Source of the DNA: a virus
Taxonomy: Duplodnaviria; Heunggongvirae; Uroviricota; Caudoviricetes
DNA: 6,465 nucleotides
Direction: 5' to 3' (one strand)
Virus record (IMG/VR): IMGVR_UViG_2547132415_000015
The position numbers and the translations under genes were made by a program. A model generated the notes under the pieces. That model saw only the letters and a program-made list of their open reading frames with translations, did not search any database and had not been told where the DNA came from. Below are positions 6,359-6,465 of the stretch, in pieces. Positions within the stretch are counted from its first letter, which is position 1. Every line of letters begins with the position of its first letter.

Positions 6359-6465
6359 TGTTGCCCCCACAAACAGACTTCACGCTCAATCTCACGACGA
6401 GTCATCAGGCCTTTCCATTGCTTACCGCCAGCGTATGCCCAGCGACGTAGCTGGTCACATGCGCC
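6355..6465 (-). CDS. Phage lysozyme / endolysin (T4-type, GH24-like), C-terminal 36 codons (3' partial; gene starts beyond window end)
   Basis: Minus-strand translation from the window edge reads '[36 protein letters not shown]' with TGA at 6357..6355. This matches the C-terminus of the lambdoid-prophage lysozymes of E. coli (RrrD-type) as I remember it. It sits immediately upstream of Rz/Rz1, the canonical lysis-cassette order. Confidence 0.75.
   Translation of the reverse strand, partial: GACDQLRRWAYAGGKQWKGLMTRREIEREVCLWGQQ

Noticed and set aside
6359-6370. Upstream in-frame GTG start for Rz at 6370, as in the ORF track
   Set aside because: It lies inside the lysozyme coding sequence with a weaker ribosome-binding site. 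The GTG at 6358 has GGGGG upstream and reproduces the lambda-like 'SRVTAII' N-terminus. This remains ambiguous without experimental data.
1-6465. CRISPR array, tRNA/rRNA genes, insertion sequences, integrase or attachment sites
   Set aside because: No direct-repeat/spacer periodicity, no cloverleaf-compatible segments, no transposase- or integrase-like translations and no terminal inverted repeats were recognisable by eye. A proper scan (tRNAscan-SE, a CRISPR finder, ISfinder BLAST) would be needed to exclude these fully.

Overview
All supportable genes in this 6.5-kb window lie on the minus strand and read as one co-directional stretch of a lambdoid, Rac-like prophage from an Escherichia-type genome. 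Reading in the direction of transcription (high to low coordinate): the last 36 codons of a T4-type phage lysozyme (6355-6465); an Rz/Rz1 spanin pair with Rz1 embedded out of frame inside Rz (5894-6358, 5953-6138); an AT-rich moron encoding the TrkH-family K+ transporter TrkG (4299-5756) followed by a hairpin terminator; a translationally coupled pair encoding a ParB-like N-terminal-domain protein (3370-4161) and a soluble protein with GT-A glycosyltransferase-like motifs (2445-3377); two small ORFs of unknown function (2144-2509, 1778-2095); and the first 537 codons of a lambda gpH-like tail tape-measure protein running off the window start (1-1612). No terminase, portal or capsid genes separate the lysis cassette from the tail gene, so this is either a deleted (defective) prophage or an unusual architecture. 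The most interesting candidate for an undescribed system is the ParB-like/GT-A-like pair. No rRNA, tRNA, CRISPR array or transposase was seen. All homology statements are from reading the translations and from memory of the named families; no database search was run.
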